A stretch of 46,605 nucleotides of DNA from a virus (IMGVR_UViG_3300017912_004379:1-46605); one strand, 5' to 3'; counted from the stretch's first letter, positions 37,704-45,411 are shown. The notes: a model not told the origin generated them from the sequence alone. Numbers and translations are program-made.

Positions 37704-38503
37704 TTCCAATACTCCTGTTCGGTTCTCTCTGCTTTAACTTTGTCTTTGAAATCCTCGATGTTGCTTCGTCCTTTGGCTTTCCTTTCGTCGCCCTTGAGGT
37801 GATCCATGAAGGTTCCCAACATAGTGTTCACAAAAGGATGTCGCTTTCCCAGTCCTCCTGGTCCTGTGATATCGTTGCTCTTTGCTACGTGGGTTTGTTC
37901 AGTGATCCTACGAGCAGTGTCGTATGTGAAACAATCCACTTGATACTCGAGATCGAATACCTTTCCTGTGGTATATAGATCCTCAAACACGTCCGCGAAG
38001 TTTCTTGTGTTTGGATGTTTTAGATTGTACATTATGAATCCAGTTTCCGTGAACGGCAGTTTCTTGTTGTTGGGCCTTCCTATGTAGGCTGTAAAAATGT
38101 CATCCGGTAAGAGATCCATGAGCTTTGAGACAGGCGGTTCAGCAAAGGTCACTGTGTCTGCATCTAAGAATATAAGTGTGTCTGCCTCTGAATTTTTAAT
38201 CCTGTGGCATTGAGCGAAAACCTTGTAGCAAAATTTTATCGCATCGTATTTGAAATCTCTCACTCCGTGCCTGATACCGTTGTTGTAATCATTGTTGTGC
38301 GACGCCACAAAGTTTCTTGCTTGTGGACATACCGCAAATATGTCATGCTCAATCACACGTGGGTCATTCAGTCCTGTGCTTACGTTTTCACAGTAGAGAT
38401 GTATCTTTATATCGGCGGGCCAGTATTGTAGAAATGTCTCCACCATGCGTTTACCATACTGTTCCCATCCTGGCTTGTGGAATGTTGTTAGGACTTCGAT
38501 CAT
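37700..38503 (-). CDS. Glycosyltransferase, GT-A fold
   Basis: VLTTF, DAIKFCYK, FLDADT, ETGF, MDHLKG.ERK; paralogue of 12718-13641. Confidence 0.75.
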   Translation of the reverse strand: MIEVLTTFHKPGWEQYGKRMVETFLQYWPADIKIHLYCENVSTGLNDPRVIEHDIFAVCPQARNFVASHNNDYNNGIRHGVRDFKYDAIKFCYKVFAQCHRIKNSEADTLIFLDADTVTFAEPPVSKLMDLLPDDIFTAYIGRPNNKKLPFTETGFIMYNLKHPNTRNFADVFEDLYTTGKVFDLEYQVDCFTYDTARRITEQTHVAKSNDITGPGGLGKRHPFVNTMLGTFMDHLKGDERKAKGRSNIEDFKDKVKAERTEQEYWK

Positions 38504-38577
38504 CGCGAATATTTAAGTACGGTATTATAATAGGCTAATATTTCCACTAGCTATGTAATATTAGTATATCTGGTATG

Positions 38578-38606
38578 TTGACAATGCATAAATAAAAGTT
38601 TAAACT
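38578..38606 (+). promoter_or_regulatory. Sigma70-like promoter with an embedded TAAATA box
   Basis: TTGACA 38578-38583, TAAACT 38601-38606, TAAATA 38589-38594. Confidence 0.55.
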
Positions 38607-38626
38607 ATACTAAAGGAGAGATTGTC

Positions 38627-38806
38627 ATGAGAGATGTTAATTCTTTACTTGCTTATGCAAAACAGATGCAAAAAAAAGCCAAAGAGGCTTTGCTTAATAA
38701 ATCCATGCGTAAAGAAGTGAACGTGGGTGCAAACGGCACACAAAGTTACATCATTAAGAATGGTCCTAACGCAGGTATGGTGGCCCAAAAAGATAAGTTT
38801 CAATAA
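38627..38806 (+). CDS. Small hypothetical protein (59 aa, not in the ORF track)
   Basis: MRDVNSLLAYAKQM...EVNVGANGTQSYIIKNG...; AAGGAG Shine-Dalgarno. Confidence 0.7.
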   Translation: MRDVNSLLAYAKQMQKKAKEALLNKSMRKEVNVGANGTQSYIIKNGPNAGMVAQKDKFQ

Positions 38807-38851
38807 AACAACACCAGATTATTTTAAATTTCCTTGGTGTAAATATTTCGT

Positions 38852-39094
38852 ATGACCAAAGAGTTTGAAAGATATCTAATCGTAATACTGCTTCTGATCC
38901 TTATTGGATTAAGTGGGTGCGTATCAAAACAAAAGCCAATGGAAACCAAAGAGCCAAAGGCTACCACAACAATTGACACAATAGGGAAACTGGATGCAAT
39001 AAGCAACGTGCTAGGATGCCTGTTCGATCCAACGCCTTGCCAAAAAGCAAATAAAAAATTACAAGAGGAACTAGACAATGGCGATTCCAAATAA
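38852..39094 (+). CDS. Putative lipoprotein
   Basis: Hydrophobic signal followed by an LSGC lipobox. Confidence 0.7.
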   Translation: MTKEFERYLIVILLLILIGLSGCVSKQKPMETKEPKATTTIDTIGKLDAISNVLGCLFDPTPCQKANKKLQEELDNGDSK

Positions 39095-39452
39095 TTTTAA
39101 AGTAACAACAGCGATAGGCGAAACTGATAATTTCATAGGAGCCGATATCAGTTTCTATCATATCACTCTTAAAGACAACGGTGCATCCGCGGTGGACGTA
39201 AGGACAGAACTGGGCTTTGACGAGGCAGTACATAATGTCATACGTGCAGTGCTGGACAGAGGCACAATAGTGCATCAGAGGATAGACAATGCAAACTCCG
39301 GCAGAATTGACATAGCCATGGAGAGGGCGGGTTGGACAGCGGCCACTTTACAGACCGCTATACGTGATCTAGGCGCAACTGTTGGTGTTAACGATGTGGA
39401 TCTACGTGGCACTGTGGTAACAGAAACCGAGCTAAAACTAGACGCAAGTTAA
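39078..39452 (+). CDS. Hypothetical protein
   Basis: 124-aa ORF with a GAGG Shine-Dalgarno. Confidence 0.75.
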   Translation: MAIPNNFKVTTAIGETDNFIGADISFYHITLKDNGASAVDVRTELGFDEAVHNVIRAVLDRGTIVHQRIDNANSGRIDIAMERAGWTAATLQTAIRDLGATVGVNDVDLRGTVVTETELKLDAS

Positions 39453-39482
39453 AATAAATACAACTAGTCAAGGAGGACAAAC

Positions 39483-39596
39483 ATGTTTATAACAATTGGA
39501 TTCATAGTTGGTTTCATCGCAGGATGGTGGGTCAACGAAAAAGTAGAAAACTTAGGAGAAAAGATTAATCCATTAAAATGGTTTAAGAAAAAATAA
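39483..39596 (+). CDS. Membrane microprotein (37 aa)
   Basis: MFITIGFIVGFIAGWWVNEK...NPLKWFKKK; AGGAGG Shine-Dalgarno. Confidence 0.75.
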   Translation: MFITIGFIVGFIAGWWVNEKVENLGEKINPLKWFKKK

Positions 39597-39597
39597 T

Positions 39598-39747
39598 ATG
39601 TTCAAGAAATTAAAAATGCCAAAGATCAAGATGCCTAACGTTGTAGGCAACGTTAAAGCGTTAAGCAAAAAGATCGGTGAGGAAGTCAAGGGTTCAACAA
39701 AAGGTGCTGTCAAAAGCGTTAAAGGTTTGAATCCATTTAAAAAATAA
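39598..39747 (+). CDS. Lys-rich microprotein (49 aa)
   Basis: MFKKLKMPKIKMPNVV...LNPFKK; starts 1 nt after the previous stop. Confidence 0.65.
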   Translation: MFKKLKMPKIKMPNVVGNVKALSKKIGEEVKGSTKGAVKSVKGLNPFKK

Positions 39748-39763
39748 TGATAGAGGGTTTGGT

Positions 39764-39925
39764 ATGTTCAGATACATCAGACGATGGTTCGAGAGATACA
39801 AGCAGTTTACTTTTGATTCCTATGATCCACCAAAACCCACTATCTATAAATTAGGCAACAAGAAGTACGTTAAAGTAAAACGCCTAAGGACTTCATCAAA
39901 GTCAAAAGGTCCATATCTCAAATAA
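39764..39925 (+). CDS. Basic microprotein (53 aa)
   Basis: MFRYIRRWFERYKQF...GPYLK; AGAGGG upstream. Confidence 0.55.
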   Translation: MFRYIRRWFERYKQFTFDSYDPPKPTIYKLGNKKYVKVKRLRTSSKSKGPYLK

Positions 39926-39929
39926 TCAG

Positions 39930-40060
39930 TTTACTATTTGTAAATTTTGTAAATTTAAATTTACAAAAGATTTACACCGTTTACAACGTACGACTAGGTT
40001 TTTACGGTTTTTCGTGTATAATTTACAATAAGTAAATTTACAAACTTTAATTTACAAAAG
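39930..40060. repeat. TTTAC/GTAAA repeat array with a 24-bp perfect palindrome
   Basis: About 11 TTTAC/GTAAA units; TTTTGTAAATTTAAATTTACAAAA at 39945-39968; GTAAATTTAC at 40032-40041. Confidence 0.8.
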
Positions 40061-40070
40061 GAAACAAACA

Positions 40071-40229
40071 ATGTACGCAGACAAAAAGAAAAGCAAAAAA
40101 ATTTATGTAGAAAGCAAATGTGTTTCTCGTGACGACTGTTGTTGGGATGAAACACCTGATACGGATATCGTTACTGTAAATGAAGAGTCCCATGAGCAGT
40201 GGCCAGAACATTGGAAGGTTATACAGTAA
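40071..40229 (+). CDS. Microprotein (52 aa)
   Basis: MYADKKKSKKIYVESKCVSRDDCCWDE...WKVIQ; AAGGA Shine-Dalgarno. Confidence 0.6.
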   Translation: MYADKKKSKKIYVESKCVSRDDCCWDETPDTDIVTVNEESHEQWPEHWKVIQ

Positions 40230-40408
40230 TGTGGCCCTACACCGACGAAGAGGCAGACTTCCTGTCATTTCCAAAAAGGGAACAGGGTCCAAAGCAATGG
40301 GATCAGTCGGGTTGGTATTGGGAGAGATACAAGGACAAGTGTTTGAATGAACTGGCTCCCCTAGAAGATCTCACAGAAACTGAACAGCCGTTTAGACAAG
40401 CGGCCTAG
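40229..40408 (+). CDS. Microprotein (59 aa) ending in -QAA
   Basis: MWPYTDEEADFLS...FRQAA; TAATG coupling to the upstream ORF. Confidence 0.65.
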   Translation: MWPYTDEEADFLSFPKREQGPKQWDQSGWYWERYKDKCLNELAPLEDLTETEQPFRQAA

Positions 40409-40431
40409 AATAGACCGCTGTGTCTCAAATA

Positions 40432-40578
40432 TTAATTGAATGTTTTTTGTGATCCAAAGAATCTAGCGATCCTTGTGTATAACTTGGACACCCATTCTGG
40501 TCTAGGCACTGCCCATGTCACTGCAATCGCACTGATAAGCAATCCCAATTCCATTAATTCATGTAGTAAAAAACTCAT
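40432..40578 (-). CDS. Membrane microprotein (48 aa)
   Basis: MSFLLHELMELGLLISAIAVTWAVPRPEW...; AAGGAG Shine-Dalgarno. Confidence 0.65.
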   Translation of the reverse strand: MSFLLHELMELGLLISAIAVTWAVPRPEWVSKLYTRIARFFGSQKTFN

Positions 40579-40623
40579 GTGTTTCTCCTTTGTTGCAAAT
40601 AGTAATTATTCGTAACTAGAATG

Positions 40624-41892
40624 TCAAGCCTTAAAATTGGTTAACCAATTTAAAGTGTGAATTGACTGCACCAACTCAGGAGTAATCTTGTTGAACATCT
40701 TGATAATTTCCATGTTGGCTCTCCAGTAAATCTGTTGTGCTAGGTTTTTTTCAGCTCGATATGACTCCTGTGCTTTTTTACATTGTCCCAAGATGTATTC
40801 CTTTGTTTCTTCATCTGGAGTGTAAAATTTCTCCGTACACGGCACGTGTTTGACCATGGGAATTATTTCATCTGATGCCCACTCGGCTATCTGCCTTTTT
40901 AGCCATCCCACCCCCATGAGATCTTTTAACTGTTCATGATCACAACTTTCATTGTCAATCCTGTGCCACGTTTCGAACCAATCTTTTGAAGTGGCCGGTG
41001 AACAGATCTTTTTCTTGAACATTTGGAACAACAGATCATCCTCCCACCGGTGTATGACCTGTTTGCCCAGTGAAGGATCTATTTTTTCTTTCCATTCGTG
41101 TCCCATGTTGCCCAACTTGTATCCGTAGTCTGTGATGTGAGAAAAATTTGTTCCTGTACCACGTAGGTAAATCAACATGTCGTCTGGTATGAATCTAATC
41201 CAACTGCTTTGCCTGTGTAAAAGGAGGTCGTCTGTTCCTACTGGTGCCACTATCATGCCGTCAAAAGGGTTATCCCTGAGATACATACTTGCAGGCGGCT
41301 GTGTCATTAAACTTATACAAGGCATGTCATACTGATCGGCGGCACAATATTGCCTTATCATCGCATGTGTGTTATAGTCTGTTTCGTTGAAATCAACCAC
41401 GTGGTTTTTAACACCAAGTACTTTGGTCATTTTAATAGCATTCGATTCAGTTATATTGGACATGTATCCTCGCCATGGATCTCCCCTCACCACGAAACTT
41501 TCAAAATCCACTTTGTTCTTGACCAACCATGCCAGGGTTAGAGTGCTGTCTACGCCACCGCTGAGCCCCACAGCGACCCTTTTATTTTGATTAACTATCT
41601 TCTGCATTTGTTTGTCAAACTTCTTTAATGCGTATGCTTTGTATTCATCGAGTGTAATTTTGAAACTGATATCAACCTGATGTGTCTCACACTCGATATT
41701 TTCAGCTTTTTTGGTTTTGAGAAAATCACCAGCTTCATTGGTGTGATTTTGCTTTCTTGGGTCGAAGGTGACGTCTTTGTAAGGATCTATGGTCTTCCAA
41801 GCCGCTATCATGTCTGCTATGCTTTTGCATTCTTTTTGATCATGGTGCCATGTCCATGGCCAGAAATCAAACTCGGGATCGGTAATAAACAT
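40624..41892 (-). CDS. PP-loop / asparagine-synthase C-terminal-like ATP pyrophosphatase
   Basis: VAVGLSGGVDSTL PP-loop and GTDDL; no N-terminal MCG glutaminase domain. Confidence 0.65.
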   Translation of the reverse strand: MFITDPEFDFWPWTWHHDQKECKSIADMIAAWKTIDPYKDVTFDPRKQNHTNEAGDFLKTKKAENIECETHQVDISFKITLDEYKAYALKKFDKQMQKIVNQNKRVAVGLSGGVDSTLTLAWLVKNKVDFESFVVRGDPWRGYMSNITESNAIKMTKVLGVKNHVVDFNETDYNTHAMIRQYCAADQYDMPCISLMTQPPASMYLRDNPFDGMIVAPVGTDDLLLHRQSSWIRFIPDDMLIYLRGTGTNFSHITDYGYKLGNMGHEWKEKIDPSLGKQVIHRWEDDLLFQMFKKKICSPATSKDWFETWHRIDNESCDHEQLKDLMGVGWLKRQIAEWASDEIIPMVKHVPCTEKFYTPDEETKEYILGQCKKAQESYRAEKNLAQQIYWRANMEIIKMFNKITPELVQSIHTLNWLTNFKA

Positions 41893-41924
41893 TACCCATA
41901 TTTACAGGTCACAGAGTTGCCAGG

Positions 41925-42038
41925 CTATTTTTCCGGAGTGTCTACTTTTTTTACTTGTTTCTTGCCGTGTTGGTATCCCATGTGATATGCCACAGCAATG
42001 AAAGTGGCGATCAATAACGTATGCCAAATGTAGAACAT
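41925..42038 (-). CDS. Membrane microprotein (37 aa)
   Basis: MFYIWHTLLIATFIAVAYHMGYQHGKKQVKK...; TAATTA box 5 nt upstream. Confidence 0.65.
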   Translation of the reverse strand: MFYIWHTLLIATFIAVAYHMGYQHGKKQVKKVDTPEK

Positions 42039-42049
42039 ACTGTTAATTA

Positions 42050-42649
42050 TTACTCTTTGTCGTCTTCTGCTCTGTTTGTGATCACCTTGTCGGCCAGTCC
42101 GTACTCGACGGCTTCCGCGGGAGTCATGAACTTGTCACGCTCCATGTCGTCTTTCAGTTTCTGCAAGGGTTGACCTGTTGTCTGCTCGTATATCTCTGTG
42201 AGCTCTTTCTTCCAACGCAACAGTTCGTTGGCTCTTATCTCCACGTCTGTGGCCTGTCCACTCGCACCGCCCAGTGGCTGGTGTATCATGTGTCGTGCGT
42301 GTGGCAACATCAGTCGCTTGCCTTTGGCACCCGCTGACGCAAGGAGTGAGCCCATGCTACATGCCTGGCCCACCACTATGGTCTGTATGTCTGACTTCAC
42401 ATACTGCATGGTGTCGTATATCGCCATGCCTGCCGTTACCAGTCCGCCCGGCGAATTGATATACAGTGTGATATCCTTCTGGGCATCCTGTGACTCCAGG
42501 AACAACAGTTGAGCACACAACACACTCGCGGTGTTCTCTCCTATCGGACCTTCCAACATGATTATCCTGTCCTTGAGCAGTCTAGAGAATATGTCATACG
42601 ATCTCTCGCCCTTGGATGTCTGTTCTATCACTATTGGTGTAAGTGGCAT
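42050..42649 (-). CDS. clpP: ATP-dependent Clp protease proteolytic subunit
   Basis: [30 protein letters not shown] (Ser), MIHQP (His), MERD (Asp); start placed at ATG 42649. Confidence 0.96.
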   Translation of the reverse strand: MPLTPIVIEQTSKGERSYDIFSRLLKDRIIMLEGPIGENTASVLCAQLLFLESQDAQKDITLYINSPGGLVTAGMAIYDTMQYVKSDIQTIVVGQACSMGSLLASAGAKGKRLMLPHARHMIHQPLGGASGQATDVEIRANELLRWKKELTEIYEQTTGQPLQKLKDDMERDKFMTPAEAVEYGLADKVITNRAEDDKE

Positions 42650-42655
42650 AGTGTT

Positions 42656-42684
42656 ATAATACACTATAACCCGCGATAGGTCAA
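42656..42684 (-). promoter_or_regulatory. Sigma70-like promoter for clpP
   Basis: TTGACC-17-TG-TATTAT, 6 nt before ATG 42649. Confidence 0.6.
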
Positions 42685-42710
42685 CCTTGCAAATGTGCTG
42701 TTATAACCGA

Positions 42711-42809
42711 CTAGATGTGTGCGAACAGGCCCATCGCCACCATGAACGCCACGAACACCCAGCAGTCCACTGCGTGTCGCTCTATTGCGTTGTATCTCTT
42801 GTCCGACAT
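42711..42809 (-). CDS. Membrane microprotein (32 aa)
   Basis: MSDKRYNAIERHAVDCWVFVAFMVAMGLFAHI; TAATG coupling to 42809-42997. Confidence 0.55.
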   Translation of the reverse strand: MSDKRYNAIERHAVDCWVFVAFMVAMGLFAHI

Positions 42810-42997
42810 TACAGTTGCACCGGCACCACGTACTCTTTGCCGTCCACTTCTATGGTAGTTTTAATGCCCCAGGCACGTGTGGGGTTGACGAACCAGTTCG
42901 CCTCCGTGTGTTCAACTTTGCGTTGCTTGTTGGTGTTGGATTTCTTGTACTTCTTGGCTGTGCTCAACCATTCGTTCTCTTGATCTGTGTATATCAT
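42809..42997 (-). CDS. Small hypothetical protein
   Basis: 62 aa; AAGGA Shine-Dalgarno. Confidence 0.7.
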   Translation of the reverse strand: MIYTDQENEWLSTAKKYKKSNTNKQRKVEHTEANWFVNPTRAWGIKTTIEVDGKEYVVPVQL

Positions 42998-43019
42998 TTG
43001 TTCCTTTGTTTTGCTTTAT

Positions 43020-43140
43020 TTTATCTGATTTGGTCGGTGAAAACTAGTGCTGTCTGCACATAGGTGCCATGCACGATGGCGCCAGGATCTGATCCCCTCT
43101 CGCTTCACAGATCCTGTACATGCCACGTATCGTTACATCT
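43020..43140 (-). other. Candidate structured 5' leader RNA
   Basis: TGTATAAT box at 43144-43151 (minus strand), then a 9-bp perfect inverted repeat CAGGATCTG/CAGATCCTG (43083-43116) with flanking pairings. Confidence 0.4.
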
Positions 43141-43214
43141 GTAATTATACAATCCTGGCGGTGGTATTGCTACCGTTATTTTTCCTGCGTGTAAATTTTT
43201 ACAACTGCCGGTTG

Positions 43215-43499
43215 TTACTCTGTGGGGTACTCGCCACCGACCTTCTTCAGCATACGTATGGCCTCCAACAGGTACTCCTCGCACTTGGTGGTGTTGCCCG
43301 TCACACGCATCTCCACTCCCTTGTCTCGCCACTGCTGTGATTCAGTGAACAGGGGTGCGTCCGAACGCTTGGCCTCGAAGTTCTGGTAGTGTATCATCTC
43401 GTCTGTGCATGAGCCGTTGCCCGATGAGTGTCCAGACTGTGCTGGCACTGTGAGGCACATCAGCAATATAAAACTCAACAGTATTCCTATCGATCTCAT
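43215..43499 (-). CDS. Secreted small protein
   Basis: Signal peptide followed by a helical domain with two Cys; TAAATA box 7 nt upstream. Confidence 0.7.
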   Translation of the reverse strand: MRSIGILLSFILLMCLTVPAQSGHSSGNGSCTDEMIHYQNFEAKRSDAPLFTESQQWRDKGVEMRVTGNTTKCEEYLLEAIRMLKKVGGEYPTE

Positions 43500-43505
43500 A
43501 ATGTA

Positions 43506-43649
43506 CTATTTATTTTTCCGCTGTGCAAATTTTTTGAATCTCAGGTACAGCGCCTCGTGGGGTTTTTGGCCCGCCCTGTAACTGCTGACCAGTCCCATTA
43601 TGACGCCGGGCACTGTGAATATCAGTATGATTATGACAGCGGTTTTCAT
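43506..43649 (-). CDS. Membrane microprotein (47 aa)
   Basis: MKTAVIIILIFTVPGVIMGLVSSYRAGQKP...; ATGA overlap. Confidence 0.6.
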   Translation of the reverse strand: MKTAVIIILIFTVPGVIMGLVSSYRAGQKPHEALYLRFKKFAQRKNK

Positions 43650-43738
43650 ATGATCAGGGTGCCGTGTATCTTGCCCAGGATCAGGCTGATCGCTATCGCT
43701 GACGCAAATATGCCTGCTATGATCCAGAACAGGTCCAT
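43646..43738 (-). CDS. Membrane microprotein (30 aa)
   Basis: MDLFWIIAGIFASAIAISLILGKIHGTLII; TAATG overlap. Confidence 0.6.
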   Translation of the reverse strand: MDLFWIIAGIFASAIAISLILGKIHGTLII

Positions 43739-43809
43739 TATCTCAATGCCCATATCCCCAATGGTATGGCTATCGCGTAGTAGGTGATGATCATGATCTC
43801 CACTACCAT
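43738..43809 (-). CDS. Membrane microprotein (23 aa)
   Basis: MVVEIMIITYYAIAIPLGIWALR; overlaps the previous stop. Confidence 0.55.
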   Translation of the reverse strand: MVVEIMIITYYAIAIPLGIWALR

Positions 43810-43874
43810 ACGTAGATGCCAAGATATATGCTGACTGCTATGACCATGACCCAGAATGTTAAGTTAGAACGCAT
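43803..43874 (-). CDS. Membrane microprotein (23 aa)
   Basis: MRSNLTFWVMVIAVSIYLGIYVW. Confidence 0.55.
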   Translation of the reverse strand: MRSNLTFWVMVIAVSIYLGIYVW

Positions 43875-43890
43875 ACAAATATATATGCCG

Positions 43891-44145
43891 TTAATGCTCG
43901 GCTTTATCTAGTAGTATTAGTTGATCGATGATTCTCATGATCTCTGACTTGAGATGCTGGATCTCCGCGTACACCACTTCTCGCTGTTCTGGGTTCACAT
44001 ACTCCAACTGCTGTAAGAGTTCCCACATGTTCATGTAACGCATCTGCAGTTCTTCCTTGAGTGAGAACACAGCGAACGTGTTCTCGTGGAATGCCAGGGC
44101 ACTGGCAGTCATTAGTACAAGTATGAATACGACACGTAACAGCAT
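43891..44145 (-). CDS. Secreted helical protein
   Basis: Signal peptide ending SALA; TAAATA box 5 nt upstream. Confidence 0.7.
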   Translation of the reverse strand: MLLRVVFILVLMTASALAFHENTFAVFSLKEELQMRYMNMWELLQQLEYVNPEQREVVYAEIQHLKSEIMRIIDQLILLDKAEH

Positions 44146-44651
44146 ATGGTTATTTAACGGTCAAGCGACACCGTTTGGAACCTGGGTATGCAGGGGTAAT
44201 TTTCCTGCTGTCATTTTTTTTATATAGGGGGTATTTTATCATTGCCCTACCAAATCTGCCACCATGCCATAAATTTTACAAGCCGACCGGCCTGACTCAG
44301 AAAATCTTTTCGACACCTTGTCGACCGTGTGTGCCACTCTTGATGGTGTCCACGGTTCTCCACCGTTATAGGCTGTTATAATGTGGGCCACCTCCCCCGC
44401 ACTCAGATCAATTGTGAGTCCCCCGCTCGCGGCGGTAATGATTGGTAAAGGCCTCTGACGACCGGCCCCGACCCAGAATGGAGACATGGTAAGCAATGGT
44501 AATGCCACCGCCCACCAAACCAAATCCACCAATGGAATGCGCCACGGATGCGAGAAATATGGTAGGGAATGGTAAACCCAGATTGGCGGCGAGGACCCCG
44601 GTCCGTGTGCACCATTACCAACTGTTACCACCGCACCGATAAATAGGTTAT

Positions 44652-44735
44652 ATGCTCACTTATTTCACAGCCTATGTGATCGTGCTTGGCCTACTCGGCT
44701 ATGCCCAATACATCCGCAACAGGTATCTGCGATGA
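44652..44735 (+). CDS. Membrane microprotein (27 aa)
   Basis: MLTYFTAYVIVLGLLGYAQYIRNRYLR; TAAATA box 6 nt upstream. Confidence 0.6.
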   Translation: MLTYFTAYVIVLGLLGYAQYIRNRYLR

Positions 44736-44824
44736 AGACCACACTCAAAACCCTAGCCATAGCCCTAGTGATAGTGATCGCCTGTCTGGTGGTGCATTAT
44801 GCGATAGGCACATTCTCCTACTAA
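44732..44824 (+). CDS. Membrane microprotein (30 aa)
   Basis: MKTTLKTLAIALVIVIACLVVHYAIGTFSY; ATGA overlap. Confidence 0.6.
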   Translation: MKTTLKTLAIALVIVIACLVVHYAIGTFSY

Positions 44825-45008
44825 GGTCTCCACCTCATATTGTTCCAGATCAGCTCATGCCTGCCGAGGTGCCCACCTTGGTCATATGATCCGATATGGC
44901 CCAAAACAGACAGCGAAGCGTCAGCGTGGTAATCAAAATTCCTAAGGATGGCAGGCATAGTTCAAATGCTCCATGCTCGTAAACCGCCTAGCGATAAGTA
45001 TCCGTATC

Positions 45009-45185
45009 ATGCCCACCCAAAGAGAATACGAAAAGCACAACCCAGAAATCAAATCAGATCATCGCCCAGCATGGCGTCCCAGGTTCCTGGACCATTCGGT
45101 GCCACAAGAGGGATCTGCCCTCATAGTGAAGACCATCATCGGTGCTCTCGCTCTATATGGCTTATACTCATTAATCTTCTCGTAG
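45009..45185 (+). CDS. Tail-anchored membrane microprotein (58 aa)
   Basis: MPTQREYEK...ALIVKTIIGALALYGLYSLIFS; TAAGTA box 8 nt upstream. Confidence 0.6.
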   Translation: MPTQREYEKHNPEIKSDHRPAWRPRFLDHSVPQEGSALIVKTIIGALALYGLYSLIFS

Positions 45186-45411
45186 TATAGGTTCCGTAGA
45201 TAAGGGTCAAGGACAATAAAGCAAGGTCGAGGACTAACAGTAGATACATTAGGATAGGGTACGAGGAGAGTCAAAAATCTGCCTTACGCTAGTTTCCTGC
45301 GGAAACTTATTGGCATATCTCCGCTTTACCACATCAAGTAAATGTCCTGAAAATTTTTTGCGGACGCATCGTCTTCGACGCGGGTCGCTCCCTCCCTTAC
45401 CATTACCAACA

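Noticed and set aside
39930-40060. CRISPR array
   Set aside because: Repeat units are 5-6 bp with irregular spacing; there are no 25-45 bp repeats with unique spacers and no cas genes.
841-41985. Numerous 60-195 aa ORFs antisense or out of frame within long genes (for example 8880-9464, 33173-33760, 18309-18686)
   Set aside because: They are largely nested in well-supported genes, lack motifs and look like shadow ORFs.
43428-43787. 119-aa plus-strand ORF (and the 108-aa ORF at 45976-46302)
   Set aside because: They are antisense to the tiled minus-strand micropeptide genes; their Ile/Met/Pro-rich sequence is the expected mirror of hydrophobic codons.
44239-44631. 130-aa minus-strand ORF as a real gene
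   Set aside because: No Shine-Dalgarno or TAAATA box, unusual Trp/Pro/Gly composition driven by the repeats, and no recognisable motif; treated as probably non-coding.
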